Part shown: positions 1 to 16,289 of the stretch, one piece after another
Numbering within the stretch: position 1 is the first letter of the stretch
Layout of the letters: each line of letters starts with the position of its first letter
NCBI RefSeq assembly: GCF_009914755.1
Contig: NC_060936.1
Reading direction: 5' to 3' (one strand)
Length of the DNA: 64,000 nt
DNA from: the human T2T-CHM13v2.0 reference genome, Homo sapiens
Notes under the pieces: model-generated
What the model saw: the letters and a program-made list of their open reading frames with translations, nothing else
Told to the model about the DNA's origin: nothing
The model's database searches: none
Program-made: the position numbers and the translations under genes

Positions 1-2382
1 ATAGATAAAAATATTCTTTAAAATATTAATAATTAAGCAATATATGAAAATGATAATACATCCCTAGTAAGGTTTCTTGCAGAAATATAAATGTGCTTAA
101 ACATTCAAAAATTAATATAATCATATTCATAGACTAAAAAAGATAAACCACATTATCATCTCAATAGATACAAAAAGCATTTGAGAAAATACAGCGTTGA
201 TTCTTATAAAAACTCTCAGCACATTAGGAAGAGAAGGGAACTACCTTAACCTTATGAAAGCATCCACAAAAAATTTCCACTGTGAACATTACACTAAAAT
301 GTTGAAAGACTGCTTTCAGTCTGACACCAGCAACCAGGCAAGTATGTCTACCTTCACTACTTCTATGCAGCATTGTATGGGAGATCCTAGCCACTCCAGT
401 AAGACAAGAAATAAAAGACATATAGATTGGAAAGAAAATATAAAATTAACTTTATTTGCAGATAATATGATTCACTAGGTAGTCACTCTGAAGGAATTTA
501 TTGGAAAAGCCACAAATAACCTTATGAGTAAGTTTTGCAAATATGAGAAAAATTTAAAAATCAATTTAATTTCTATATAGCAACAAAAGTTGAAAATTGA
601 AATAATACCATATGGCATTTCATCGTAGGAAATATTCAGGCATGGACTTGAAAAAATGTATAAGAGATAAATAGAGCGGAGTGAGAACTTATAAAATATG
701 CTGAGAAATTAAAAAAGGCACAAATAAATATTATAATAAATACTGTTTTGGGGAGGTTAGGAAACTCAGAATTGCTAAGAGGTCAATATTCACAAATATT
801 CTCCATAGACTTAATGAAATTCCAGTCAAAACCCTCGGTCTTTTTCTACATATTTTCTATATGTGGGCAAGCTAGTTCTAAAGTTTCTATGCAAACGTAA
901 AGGATTTGGAATAAACAAAATAAATGTGAAAAACAAGAACAAAGCTTGATTATATATACTACTTAATTTCATGCCCTACCTATTAAAGTCTTTAGTAATC
1001 AAGACAATTGTATTAGTCTGTTTTCAAACTGCTGATAAAGACATACCTGAAACTGGGTAATTTGTAAGAAAAAGAGGGCAATGGACTCACAGTTCCACGT
1101 GGCTGGGGAGGCCTCAAAATCACGGCGGAAGGTGAAAGGCATGTCTCACATCGCAGCAGTCAAGAGAGAGAATGAGAACCTAGAAAAAAGGGTTTTCCCT
1201 TGTAAAACCATCAGATCTCAGGAGACTTATTCACCACCATGAGAACAATATAGGGGAAACCACCTCCATGAATTAATTATCTCCAACCTGGTCCTTCCCA
1301 CAACACGTGGAGATTATGGGAGCTACAATTCAAGGTAAATTTTGGATGGAGACACAGTCAAACCGTATCAATGACGTAGTACAGAATGGGTATGCATAAA
1401 TGGTCAGGCAAATAATTTCTGACAAGATGTCAAGGCAATTTTATGGAGAAAAGGATGATTACTTAAACAAATGTGGCTAGAACAACTGAATAAGCAAATG
1501 CAAAAAAAAAAAAGTTCAAGCATTACCTCACACTATATACAAAAGTAAACACAAATAGTTATAAACATATGTGTGCAGACTAAAATTATAGAGCTTCTAG
1601 AAGTAAATCATAGAAACCATAGGTTTTGCAAAAATGTCTTAAATATAATGAAAATCACGTACTAAAATAATCAATATACTGAGTCTCCCAGTATAAATTA
1701 AAAACTCTTCCACTTCAAAAGATGCTGCTAATTAATGAAAAAACAAGCCATAATACAAGGAGAAAATATATGCAAAACTTTATTTCATAAAGAACACTTC
1801 ACCAATGAAGACATACAGATGTCAAATATCCATAGGAAATGATGCTCAAAATAATTGGCTATTAGACAAAGGCAAAAGAAAGCTAGAATAATATACCATT
1901 ATATATCCACTGGAATAACTCAAGTGTTAAAACTTGGAAGGCAGTTTGTCAATTTCTTAAATAGTCACATATACACTTACTATATGACCTTGCCTTTTCA
2001 CTCTTATATGTTTTCCCAAGAGAAATAAAAACATATCTATACACTGGTATACAAATATTCATAACAGCTTTATAATAACTAAAAACATAAAACAACTAAT
2101 GTGTACATAAAAGTGTATGGGTAACAAGTAGTGGCATTCACACACAATGGAATACTACTCAGCAATGCCAAGAAATAAAATATGATAAACACACAACATG
2201 AATGAATCTGAAAATAAATATATTTTAACTTAAAGAAATTCAGACTGAAAAGAATACATACCATATAATGACATTTATATAAAGTTCTATGAAATGCAAA
2301 CTAATTTGTTTCAGAAGTAGATCAATGATTTCATTGGTGAGGTGGACAGAGTGGGGCACCAACAGGATATGAAAGTTTTGGG
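1..2382 (+). mobile_element. Old L1 (L1M, MC/ME-age) ORF2 and 3' region, interrupted by a THE1 LTR and then by an L1PB insertion
   Basis: ORF 197-478 (MILIKTLSTLGREGNYLNLMKAS...KENIKLTLFADNMI) resembles L1 ORF2 RT. 3' motifs include cacacaatggaatactactcagcaat and acaacatgaatgaatct. Multiple stops. Confidence 0.8.
1009..1370 (-). mobile_element. THE1 (THE1B-like) MaLR solo LTR
   Basis: Begins tgtattagtctgttttc...ctgctgataaagacatacc and ends gacacagtcaaaccgtatca, the reverse complement of THE1 termini; 362 bp. Confidence 0.9.
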
Positions 2383-5248
2383 ATAGAGGAATCAAGATGA
2401 CTGACTAGATACAGGTAGTATGTGCCTCTTCTACAAAGAGGAACCAGAAAAGTAAATAGATACTTACATTCTAAACATAAATTAGGAGATAACACTAGGC
2501 CTCATTAGAGAAGAGACAGAAAACTCTAGAAGGAAGTAAGGAGCGTGTTTAAGGCAGCTTGGCCAGCTGGAGACTAACTGAGGGCTGAGACAGACTCCTA
2601 GACACAGGGAAAGAGTAATACAGAAATCCCTAGGACTTCAAAATGGGCTTTTATAATTTTGGCTATGGGAGAAACCCTTGACCCACTAAGGTCTTGGGCC
2701 TAATATGTGGAGCTGCCTAAAGATTGCAGACAGGCGTTGCTCCAAAAAAGGAACCCACATGGAATCCCACAGGCATCTGAAACCACAGCAGCCTCAACTG
2801 AGAGCCCTTTTAAAAGACCCGATATCAAGGATCTACAGACAGGGATGCTGCCGCTGTACTGTTCCAAGGAGAGAGATGGGAGACCAGGCACTCCCACACA
2901 CTTCCAGGAAGTTCCCTACCACTCTGCTACAGACAGCTTTTGAGACAGAGAAATGAATGGACCTCTCTCCCCACAGCTTCTTGCCCATATTGCTTGCGTG
3001 GGAAGGACACTGCCCTCTCTGGTACCAGGCCCAAGATCCTATCTTGACAGTTTAATGTTAGTTTGTGCTTCACTTTCAGACTGAGTTCAGGCTGACATTG
3101 GCACAGATGCTGCCTGGCCAAGGGGAGTCAGGGAAACGAGGCCCTCTTATGCACATCTAGGATAATATTCATTGCACTACATCAGGCTTCTGTTAAATGC
3201 AAAGGCAGGCAGGCCACACTCCCCACAGCTTCTTGCCCATGCTGCTAGCCTGGAAGGTGCTCCGCCCTCTTTGGTCACAAGCCCACAGCTGGAACAATTA
3301 TGAGAGTTCAATGTTGGGCTATGCCTCATCCTTGGGCAGAGTCCAAGTTGACATGACTGCAGCCCCCACATAGCTGATGAGGGACAAAAAATCCAGGGTC
3401 ACTTATGTATACCCAGAACAATACCCACCATCCCGCTCCAGGTTGCTGTGAGATTGAGACTCAAGTAGACTACACTCCTCATAGCTTGTTGCTCATGCTG
3501 CTCATCTGAGAGGTGTCCCACCCTGTCTAGTCATAAGCCTACAGCTGATACCATTTTGAGAGTTTAACATTGGGTTTTGCCCCACCCAGTTGAAGGTGAC
3601 ATGGCTGCAGCCAACACCCAGCTGTAGGAGGGGCAGAGGGGACCAAGCTCTTTTAAGCACATTTAGGAAAATACCCACTACCCTGTTGTGGTACTGAGGA
3701 CTAGTCTGCCCAACCAGGAGAAACTACCAGGAACATCAGCAAGAATTGCTTGGGTCTCAGTGGTTTGCTCCATCATGGATACTGTCATCGCCTACAACAC
3801 ACCAGATGCTCAGGGGCCTGAAAACCCACCCACAAACTGTACTCTTGGCTCTCACAATTAGCTTCTAAACAAGCCACCTGGAACTTCAAGACGCAGCCCC
3901 TAAGAACCTAGTAACATTGGAATCAGAGTAAGCTGCTCTGGGGCCTAAAAACTGTCACATTTACTCTATAGCTACCAACACAAGGGCCCGAAGACTGGCT
4001 CAGTTGGTGTCAAAGTCCCTAGCAATATTTCATCACAACCTCAACTAATAACTGTACCCTAAGTCACAGAGGAAATCACAGATACTACTGATTCTATATG
4101 CTGCTGAAGGAGTGATACAATTGCGCTACCACAGGCACCCTAAAACAAAACCAAGATATCCTTCACAACCAATAACATATATACATCTTCAGGAAAAAAT
4201 TCTCCCTTACCAAAGCAATTTCAAAAATTTGGAACAAGCGACTATGATACCACATATGTAGATATCAAAGGAAGGACACAGGAAACATGAAAAAGCTAGG
4301 AAATATGACACCATCAAGGGACCACAACAATCATCCAGCAAAAGATCTCAATCAAAAGCATTCTTTAAAACTCCAAATAAAAAAAAATAAAAATAACAAA
4401 GCGGAAGTTCTGCAAATAAAAAGTTCATTGACATAAATACAAAATACAAAAGTTTCAATAATAGACTAGACCACGCAGAAGAGGGAATCTCAGGTCTTTT
4501 GAAATAGTCAAACAAAAATATATATTAAAACAAAAAACAAACAAACAACAACAACAAAAAACACAGCCTTTGAGAGACGTATGAGACTACTTGAAACAAG
4601 AGACCTTACAAATTATTGGTATTCCTGGGGGTGAACAGGGATCAAAAACTTTTAAAAACTTATTTAAGAAAATAATCAATGAAAATGTCCTAAGACTAGC
4701 AAAAGAGTCAGACATTCAGATATAGGAGGCCCAGATACCATCACTGAAATACATTGTAAAAATGACTTCACCATAGCATATTATATTAGAAATGTCAAAA
4801 GTCAAAGTAAATGAAATAATTTTAAAGTTAGCAAGTGTCTAGCCATCTATAAAGGAAACTCCATCAGACTAACAGCAGACTTTTAAATAGAAATCCTTAT
4901 AGGTCAGAAGAGAATAGGATGGCATTTTCAAAGTGCTGAAGAAAAACAAAATCTGTCAGCCAAGAATTTTAGAATAAATAAACTCTTTTCCAGGTAAACA
5001 AACACTTGAAGAATTTGTCTTCACTAGACCAGCCTAACAGGAAACGCTCAAAGGTGAAAATGAAACATGGAAACAAAAGTTTGATATTTACCATCACACA
5101 AATATACAAAAAGATAAAACTCACAGTTCTTATAAGACAATCACACAAACAGAAAGGACTCAAATGGCAAAACGACAGAATTTCATCAAGCCACAAAGAT
5201 AAAAGCACAGTGAAAAAGAAACAAAGAATTTATAAAAAAACAACTTGC

Positions 5249-5562
5249 AGCTGGGCACGGTGTCTCATGCCTGCAATCTCAGCACTTTGGGAGGCCTAGG
5301 CAGGCAGGACACGAGGTCAGGAGATCGAGACCATCCTGGCTAACACTGTGAAGCCCCATCTCTACTAAAAACACACAAAAAAATTAGCTGGGCTTGGTGG
5401 CAGGTGCCTGTAGTCCCAGCTACTCAGCAGGCTGAGGCAGGAGAACGGCGTGAACCCATGAGGCAGAGCTTGCAGTGAGCCGAGATAGTGTCACTGTACT
5501 CCAGCCTGGGTGACAGAGCAAGACTCCATCAAAAAAAAAAAAAAAAAAAGGAAAAAAAAAAA
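5249..5562 (+). mobile_element. AluY inside the L1PB
   Basis: Dimeric Alu with AluY diagnostics (gagatcgagaccatcctggctaacac, ggcgtgaaccc, gagcttgcag), A tail, TSD core aacttgca on both sides. Confidence 0.93.
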
Positions 5563-8500
5563 CAGAAACTTGCAAACAATGAACAATAACATAGGAACAA
5601 AGCCTTACATATTAATATTAACCTTGAATGTAAATGAATTAAATATTCCACTTAAAACATACAGATTAATAGAATAAATTAAAAAGAAATAAAATATGAT
5701 CAAATTATATACTTTCTACAAGAACCTCACCTTACCCATAAAAACACATGTAAACTGAAAATGAAAGGTTGGATAAAGGTATTCCGTGCAAACAGATAGC
5801 AAAAATGAGTAGGATATACTTATATAAGATTAAATAAACTTTAAATCAAAAACAGTAATAAAAGAGACTGCCATAATATAATGACAAAGAAATGAATTCA
5901 ATAAGATAATGTAATAATCCTAAATATGTATGCACCCAATATCAAGGCACCCAGATTGACAAAATAAATATTACTATACCTAAAAAAAACAGGGAGATAG
6001 CAATAACATAAAAATGGAGGATGCCAACATTATACTTAGAGCACTAGAAAGATCATTACAGCAGAAAATTAACAAAGTAAGATTGGACTTAAATTGAACT
6101 TTAGACCAAGTGAACAGACATTTACAGAACATTCTACTCAACAATTAGAGAATATACAGTCTTAAACATAGACCATTCTTCAAGATAGGCAACATATTAT
6201 ACAATAAAATTCTTAACAAATTTTTAAAAATCTAAATCATATCAAGTATCATCTTAGATCACAGTGGAATAAAGGTAGATATCAATACCAAGAGGAATTT
6301 CAGAAACTATACAAATACATGAAAATGAGACAGTATGCTCTGGAAGGATTACTGGGTCAATGAAGAAATTAGGATAACATTTAAAACATTTTTTAAACCA
6401 ATTAAAATGAAAATACAACAATTCAAACCTTTAAGAGGCAACAAAAGTAGTGCAAAGATGGAGGTCTATAGCATAAAATCCCTACATCAAAAAAGTAGTA
6501 ATAGCTCAAATTAACAATCTAATGTCACATCTCCAAAAACTAGGAACACAAGAACAAATTAAACCCTGGGAAGCAGAAGAAAAAAAACAAATCAGAGAAA
6601 AATAAATGAGATCAGTATTAGAAAAACAATACAAAGGATTAATGAAATAAAAAGTTGGTACTTCAAAAAGATAAATGAAGTTGATAAACCACCAGTGAGA
6701 CTACCAAAGGAAAGAATAGAGAAGATCCAAATAAACAGAAATGGAAAAGGAAACAATAAAACTGATACTACAGACAGAAAAAAAAATCATAGACTATTCT
6801 GAGCCACTATACTTTCACAAGCAATTACACTTTCACAAACTAGAAAAGCTAGAGGAAATGGATAAATTCCTGGATACATACAATCTCCCAGAGATTTAAC
6901 CAGGAAGAAATATAAATATTGAACAGATCAATAAGGAGTAGCAAGATTGAAGCAGTAATGAAAAAAATCCAAATTAAAAAAAATGCCTGGGACCAGATGA
7001 ATTCTCACCTAAACTGTAGCAAACATACAAAGAAGAGTTAATTTCAGTCCTTCTGAAAATATTTCAAAAAATTGAGGAGGAACAAATTCCCCTTAACTCA
7101 TTCTACAAGACCAATATCACCCCGATACCAAAACTAGACAAAGACACCATAACAACAAATAAAACTGCACACCAATATTCATAATAAACATAGATGCAAT
7201 AAATCATTAACACAATGTCAGCAAATTGACTGCAACAGGACATCAAAATGATAATACACCATCATCAGATAGGATTTATCCCAGGAATGCCAGTATGGTT
7301 CAACATATGCAAATCAGTAAATATGATATATGACATAAATAGAATTAAGGACAAAAATCATCTTCTCAATAGATGCAGAAAAAGCATTCAATAAAACTCA
7401 GCATCTCTTAACAATAAAAAATCTTCAACAAACTAGGCATAGAAGAAACATACTTCAATAAAATAAAGGCAATATATGACAAACCCACAGCCAGCAGCAT
7501 GTTTAATGGGGGAAAGCTGAAAGCATTTTCTGTAAGAACCAGAACAAGACAAGTATGCCCATTTTCACTACTTCTATTCAACATAGCACTTGAAGCCCTT
7601 GCCAGAGCAATCAGGCAACAGAAAGAGATAAAAAACATTCAAATTGGAAAAGAGGAAGTCAAAATAAACCTGTTCGCTAGGGATATAATCTTTCATCTAG
7701 AAAACCTTAAAGAATCCAATAAAAAACTCTTAGAATTAATAAATAAATTCACTAAAAATTCAAGATATAAAATTAATGTACAGAAATCAGTGTTTCTATA
7801 CACCAAGAGTGATCTAGCCTGGGACTCTATCGAAAAAGCAATTCTATTTACAATAGCTATAAAAAAATTAATATGCCTAGGAATATATTTAACTGAAGAG
7901 GTAAAAACCTCCATAAGGAAAACTACAAAACACTGATGAAAGAAATTATAGATGACACAAGCGAATGGAAAAACATTCCATGTTCATGAATTGGATACTG
8001 CCCAAAGAAATCTACAGATACAATGCAATTTCTATCAAATTACCAAGATCACTTTTCACAGAATTTGAAAAAAAAAAATATAAAATTCATGTGGAATCAG
8101 AAAAGAGCCCAGATAGCCCAAGAAATCCTAAGCAAAACAAAAAGAACAAAACTGGAGGATCACATTATATTGCAAGGCTATAGTAATCAAAACAGCATGG
8201 AACTTGTATAAGTGTAGACAGTAGTATCAGTGAAATAGAATAGAGAGCCGTATGCAAAAGAATGAAATTGGACCCATACCTCTCACCACATACAAAAAGT
8301 AACTTATGTTGGATTAAAGACCTAAACATAGACTTGAAACTAAAAACATCATAGAAGAAAACCTAGAAAAAAACTCTTCAGGACATTGGCCTAGGAAAAT
8401 TATTTATGACCAAATTCTAAACCAAACACAACAAAACCAAAAATAGACAAATAGAGATTATTGAAATGAAAAAGCTTGTGCACAGCAAAAGAAGCATTCA

Positions 8501-9083
8501 ATAGAGTAAACTGATAACTTACAAAATGGAAAAAATATTTGCAAATTATGCCTCCAACAAAAGACTAATATCCAGAATCTACAAGGAACTCAACAAGGGA
8601 AGAAAGCAGGTAACCCCATTAAAAAGTGGGCTAAGGACATGATCAGGTATTTTTAAAAGACATAAAAGCAGCCAACTAACATTAAAAAAATCACTAATCA
8701 TCAGAGAAATGCAAATTAAAACCACAACGAAATATCATCTTAGATATTTAAAATGGCTATTAATAAAAAGTTAAAAAATAACAGGTGTTGGCAAGGATGC
8801 AGAGAAAAGAGAATGCTTACACACTGTTGATGGGAATGTAAATTAGTAAAACCTTTCTGGAAAACAGTATGGATATTTCTCAAAGAAGTAAAGATAGAAC
8901 TACCAGTTCATCCAGCAGTCTCACTACTGGGTATGTACCCAAAGGGAATAAAAACAAATGACAACAACAAAAATTACATCACAAAGACATTGCACTTGTA
9001 ATTTTATCACAGCATTATTCACGATAGCAAAGATATGGAATCAACCTAAATGGTCATCAGTAGATGATTGGATAAAAATATGC

Positions 9084-9086
<3 letters not shown>

Positions 9087-9116
<30 letters not shown>
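9087..9116. repeat. (AC)15 microsatellite in the L1 3' region
   Basis: Direct reading. Confidence 0.95.
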
Positions 9117-9117
<1 letters not shown>

Positions 9118-9446
9118 ACAGACTACTACTAAGCCATGAAAAGAATGAAATCATGTCTTTTGCAGCAACATAGGTGGAACTGGAGGCCATCATCTTAAGT
9201 GAAATAACTCATAAACGGGAAGTCAAATACTGCATGTTTTACTTATAAGTGGTAACTCAGTAATGAGTACACATAAACATACAGAGTAGAATAATAGACA
9301 TTGAACACTCCAAAAGATGAGAGGGTGGGAGGTAGGTGAGGTTTGAAAAATTATGTTATGTACAATGTTCAACTATTAAAGGCTTCACCACAAATACAGT
9401 ATACACATGTAAAAAATTTACACTTCTAACTCCTAAGTAGATTGCT

Positions 9447-9480
<34 letters not shown>

Positions 9481-9482
<2 letters not shown>

Positions 9483-9640
9483 ATTTGGGGCTGTGGATAT
9501 TTTCATGGTCTTTACTGTGGTTATGGTTGATTCCATTGTGTACATACACGAAAATTTATCAGATTGTGCACTTTGAGTATGCACAGCTTATTGTATGTTA
9601 ATTATACCTCTGTAAGAAATTAAAGTAAAATGTTAAAAGA
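9481..9640 (+). mobile_element. Resumption of the host old-L1 3' end
   Basis: ttatcagattgtgcactttgagtatgcacagcttattgtatgttaattatacctc is a typical L1MC/ME terminus and continues the element broken at 2382. Confidence 0.75.
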
Positions 9641-9719
9641 AAGCATATACAAGCAACAGTTCGACCTTTAGATACATTCTGATGACACATATTAGAATAA
9701 CTACCTTACCATAATAGAA

Positions 9720-10870
9720 GAAGAAAATGGTGATTTAATCTATAGAGAATTTTAAATGAAATTTGAACTCAAAATTGTCAGGTATATCTGAGATTAGAGA
9801 GTAGAAAAATGAATTTCTACTTTGAAAGAGTTCAAAGAGACAAGTAAGATTATTAACAAAAGCAGACATACATTGAGTTTCAACACCATAAAATTTCAAA
9901 ATAACATGAATTACAAAAAATAAAATTTTTAAATTTCCAGAAAATAAAACATGTTATCTAAAAAGTATTTAAAAGATGAGTATTAATTTTATCAATAGAA
10001 GCACTAATTTCCTAAAGACAATAGAGAAATACCTCAAAATCTGAGAGAGAAATGTATTAATCAATTTTAGGTTAAAATAAAGGCAGCGTGAGATAATCAT
10101 GTCAGTTTACTTTACATGGACTTTTCATAAGAAACTGGAAAACTGAGCAAGCAAGACAGGGAAAATGAGTATCCAAACCAAAAAATCAACACTGGATAAA
10201 GGTAAATAATGACAGAAAGAAAACATTTTAGGAAGAAAGGCATGTAGTATTCCTCAGCACCAAGGAAGAATAGAGGATTCCAGGAATAATGCTTCCTAGA
10301 AAAACTAGTTGATTAACCAGAGTATGTATTCAAATGTGTTGAGAAATTAATACTTCAGTAGAGATTGGAGATAGATTATAAATTACCTATTGTAACAAAT
10401 ACTCAGTATTAAGAAAACACTATAGACTGTAATCTCCTAGAAAACACAAAACTGTACAGAAATCAGGAGTAATCAAAGTACACTGTATATATAGTTCAAC
10501 TGTGAATAGTGTTCACACAATCATAATAAAAACACTAATTATTAATTTAAATAAAAAGTATGGCACAACTCTCTTGTGTATGAAGTAGAGTAAATAGAAA
10601 ACTCTTCTGCATTAGAAAGTCAATAGATACATCTAACACTAGCAAATCAAGAAATAATAGAATAATCATGTTTTTTTGACATATAGCATAATACGATACA
10701 GAAAGAAAACTTTTCTTAATGATGTCATCTCAGGAGTGAAGATTTGGAATTCTCTAAGTGTGAGGGAATTTTTTTCTTAATTTTTCCCTATTATAAGCCA
10801 TGTAGAATTATTTCACTTTGAAAACAATGACTATACAGATGTGATAAAGCATAACAATTAAAATTAATAA
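9720..10870 (+). mobile_element. HAL1-like (half-L1, ORF1-derived) relic
   Basis: Degenerate ORF1-like purine-rich sequence; 3' end tattataagccatgtagaattattttcactttg resembles the HAL1 terminus. Confidence 0.55.
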
Positions 10871-12214
10871 AACAGGAAAAGTCTGGCTTTGAATAATATA
10901 CTGACAGCAATGAATAGTATTATGGTTTAGTCATAATGATACCGAGTTTATAGTTTTGAAATAACAATTTTGAGGTTTATTCTGGTATTACAAAATTACT
11001 AAATTTGTAAAATGAGAATATAATACTTGACTCATTAGACCAGCCTCATAAGGTGACTGATTTCTTCAAAGACTCATTCTCTCTCTCCTTAATCTGTAAC
11101 TTCTTTACAAGGAGTATCTAAACTGAATTCTCAGAACACAAAAAGAGACTATAAATCTCTTTGCTACTATACAACTGTCAGATTTCACTAAATCCAATTA
11201 TCATTGGGTACCACCCTAAGTTAATTTGCCACTGATTTGTATCACTGCATGTTTAGATCTGTTTTACTTGCTCTTATGACAGATGTATTTCCGCCATTTT
11301 AGCAGTGGAATTAAACGGTGAAAGCCTATTGATTATTGAGGAATGATAACTCAGCTACACAGCAGCACCATCTTTTGGCCTTTGAAGGAAAATGATCCAA
11401 ACTTATGAATCATGAGGTCTGTATTTCTGGCATGCGATGTATGCTTACTTTGTGAATCACCTTTGCAATGCAATTAAAGTAAGGAAATGGCTTCAAAAGG
11501 ACTGGAATCAACATTTCACATGAGATCAGATATCCACAAAAACAAATCAACTGAAAAAGATCTATATTTTATTCATTCAACAAAAATTAAAGTATTATTT
11601 TAGAAAGTGTTTACCTTTAGAATTGGAATTCCTTTCTTTTTAACTTATGAATTGCTTGTACATTTATTTTGTATGGTTATTTAGTATTATCATTTAAGTT
11701 TATTCAACATTTCTGACTTATGAAAGGACTTTCTGTAATTTATTTATTTTTTGGAAAGCTGACTCCAAAGTATGCTTTTTTTCCATTTATCTTTAGAGTA
11801 GTAGTAATATATTTATTACTAAACATAATCAAATAGTTATGATTCTAATATATTTATCAAATGTTTTTACCTTTTCAGATACTATTATCAAGTGCTGTCT
11901 GCAGACAATTTGCAAGAAGTGCAAATTTTATGAAAACTAGATTTTGTTAGGTTGGTGTGATGAATAAGACAAATACTTTGTTTTAGAATATCATTTACTT
12001 TATTGCTACAGATGTATTTGCAGAAATTATATATAAAAAATAAACAGAATGCAGCATCAGAACATGTGGTTTAACTCTGACCCTAACAATGAGTAGCTCT
12101 TTATACTACAGCAGTAATTCAATCTTTATTTCATACATATGGAAATATTTGCTAAAATTAATCTAAAAGATTGCCTTATCTAACTCATATAGATGCTTCC
12201 AGGTATATATATAT

Positions 12215-12531
12215 TTACTTTAATAGAGTTTATTTAGGGCAGTCTTAGGTTCACAGCAAAAATGAGCTGAAGACACAAAAATTTCTCATGTGCTTCTTAT
12301 CCCACACATGAATAGCCTCTCCCATTGTCAACATTCCCTATCAGCACAGAACATTTGTTACAACTGATAAACCTACATTGACACATATGCATTCACCCCA
12401 AGCCTGTAATTTACATTTATCAGGGTTCACTCTTGGTGTTTTACATTCTATAGGCTTGGACAAATGTATGATATATATTCACCATTAGGGTATCATACAG
12501 AATATTTTCATTGTCTTAAAAACTCTGTGCC
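12215..12531 (-). mobile_element. L1MC1-like 3' end fragment
   Basis: ttaggttcacagcaaaaatgagc...catttgttacaactgataaacctacattgacaca...agggttcactcttggtgttttacattctatagg. Confidence 0.85.
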
Positions 12532-12792
12532 TGAGTTTTTATAAATTGTTAATTTTTGAATTGTGTTTTCTTTAGTTTTTACCAAATAAAACACTATAGT
12601 ATTTTCATATTTTATCATTACCTTTTTCCCACTATGATATCTTATTTTTTCATAATTCTGTGGTACCAACATATAGAAAGCTTTTTAAAAATGTGTATTT
12701 CCACAGTCCTAAAAAAAATTTTTCTCCAAAAAAGCTTTCTCATTAAAGTCAATCTTAGAGTATAAACAAAATATTTATTTATCATTCCTCTA

Positions 12793-13220
<428 letters not shown>

Positions 13221-13799
13221 ATTATCATACACAAATTGAAATATTATTATCTAAAAAGTTAATAGAAATCAAATGATATACCAAAATGTCAACAGCAAGT
13301 TAAAGTAAATAAGACCTATAAGGCTTTAAAAAGTTATTTTTTTAAATATTGGTAAGCACACATTAAACGTTTTGAAATTAGTGCTTTTAGCAATTGAAGA
13401 ATTGAAGGCACAAATTCTATGTTACTTTTCCCGATCACAGCTTCTGCTTTAAAAAAAAAAGAAAATCGATATGTCTGATAAAAATACACATTACATTTTG
13501 TTAATGACAAATGCTTGGTTTAAAACTTCGTGGTTCAAGTTAGTTAAAAGAATTTCAAGTCAAATATACAGTCTCCCAGATAAATTTTCTTTTTTTTTTT
13601 TTTTGGATCTCAAAAAGAAAATATATATCTTTATATTTATTTTTACAAAACATCTCACTTACACCTTAGTCATAGGGTGTGAAAAACAAAGAAATAGTGA
13701 AACACTAGTAATTATATTGACTAGAGAGAAGGAAATCTAAGAATCTTGTTGATTCAATGTGTTTTCTTTTTTAATTTGATAATAATTCTTTTCAATGCG

Positions 13800-13990
13800 C
13801 TACATACTATTGCATGCACTTTACATGCATGAATTATTTTAATCCTCACATCTGATTCAGGAAATAATTATTTTCATTTGTAAATGAAGAAATTGTGGCA
13901 ACAAGAGTTTAAATGAACACCCCAAGTTCAGACACCTTGTTTATAGATGAGCCAATTTTTGAATATATGCAGTTTGAAGTTTGAATCTCG
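13800..13990 (-). mobile_element. MIR
   Basis: tttaatcctcaca...ttttcatttgtaaatgaagaaattgtggc...cccaagttca matches the MIR core. Confidence 0.65.
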
Positions 13991-14159
13991 ATCCCACAGT
14001 CTATGATTAAACTCTTAAGAAAACCAATTCAACTTGTAGAATTTAAAAGGTCACATATGCATGACAGGTATTAAACCATAAACTTATTTTAGCCACTTAT
14101 GTGATGAAGAGGGAGTGCCAGCTCAGAAATAATCAGTATGGTTGGGAAAGTTTGATGCC

Positions 14160-14565
14160 TATAACAGGCTAAAAATTTATCCCCAAGATATCCACATCCC
14201 AATTCCTAGCATCTCTGAATGTTACTTTTTATGGTAAAAGAGACTTTGTAAATGTGATAAAGTTACAAATGATGAAATGGAGAAATTATTCTACATTACT
14301 TAGGTAGGCTCCAAATGCCATCACAAATGTCTTTAGATAAAGGGAGGCAGAGAGAGAATTCACACAAAGGAAGAAAGTGCAATGTGACCATAGATACAGA
14401 GATTGAAGTAATACAGCCAAAAGCCAATGAATGATGGCAGCCACCAGAAGCCACCAGATAAGAGGAGGCAGGAAATGGATTCCCCCAAGAACCTCTGGAG
14501 AGAGTGTGGCCCTGCTGAGACCTTGAGTGTAAGCTAGTGAAATTCATTTTGTACTTCTGACTCTC
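14160..14565 (+). mobile_element. MLT1D-like MaLR LTR, 3' end truncated by L1
   Basis: ccccaagatatccacatcccaattcctagc...gaatgttactttttatggtaaaagagactttgtaaatgtgat...ggattcccccaagaacctctggagagagtgtggccctgctga. Confidence 0.8.
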
Positions 14566-16280
<1,715 letters not shown>

Positions 16281-16289
16281 TGTGACACT

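Larger units (their letters stand above)
2383..9480 (+). mobile_element. Near full-length decayed L1 (L1PB3/PB4-like): 5'UTR, ORF1, ORF2, 3'UTR, polyA
   Basis: 5' start atcaagatgactgactagat. ORF1 remnant ~4300-5050. ORF2 fragments at 7499-7936 (KLKAFSVRTRTRQVCPFSLLLFNIALEALARAIRQQKEIK) and 8958-9173. A31 tail at 9450-9480. Degenerate TSD aaagttttggg / aaccatttggg. Confidence 0.92.

Noticed and set aside
11879-11950. Possible 72-nt exon (ccttttcag ... tag|gttggt)
   Set aside because: Weak donor, stops in all frames; such matches are expected by chance in AT-rich DNA.
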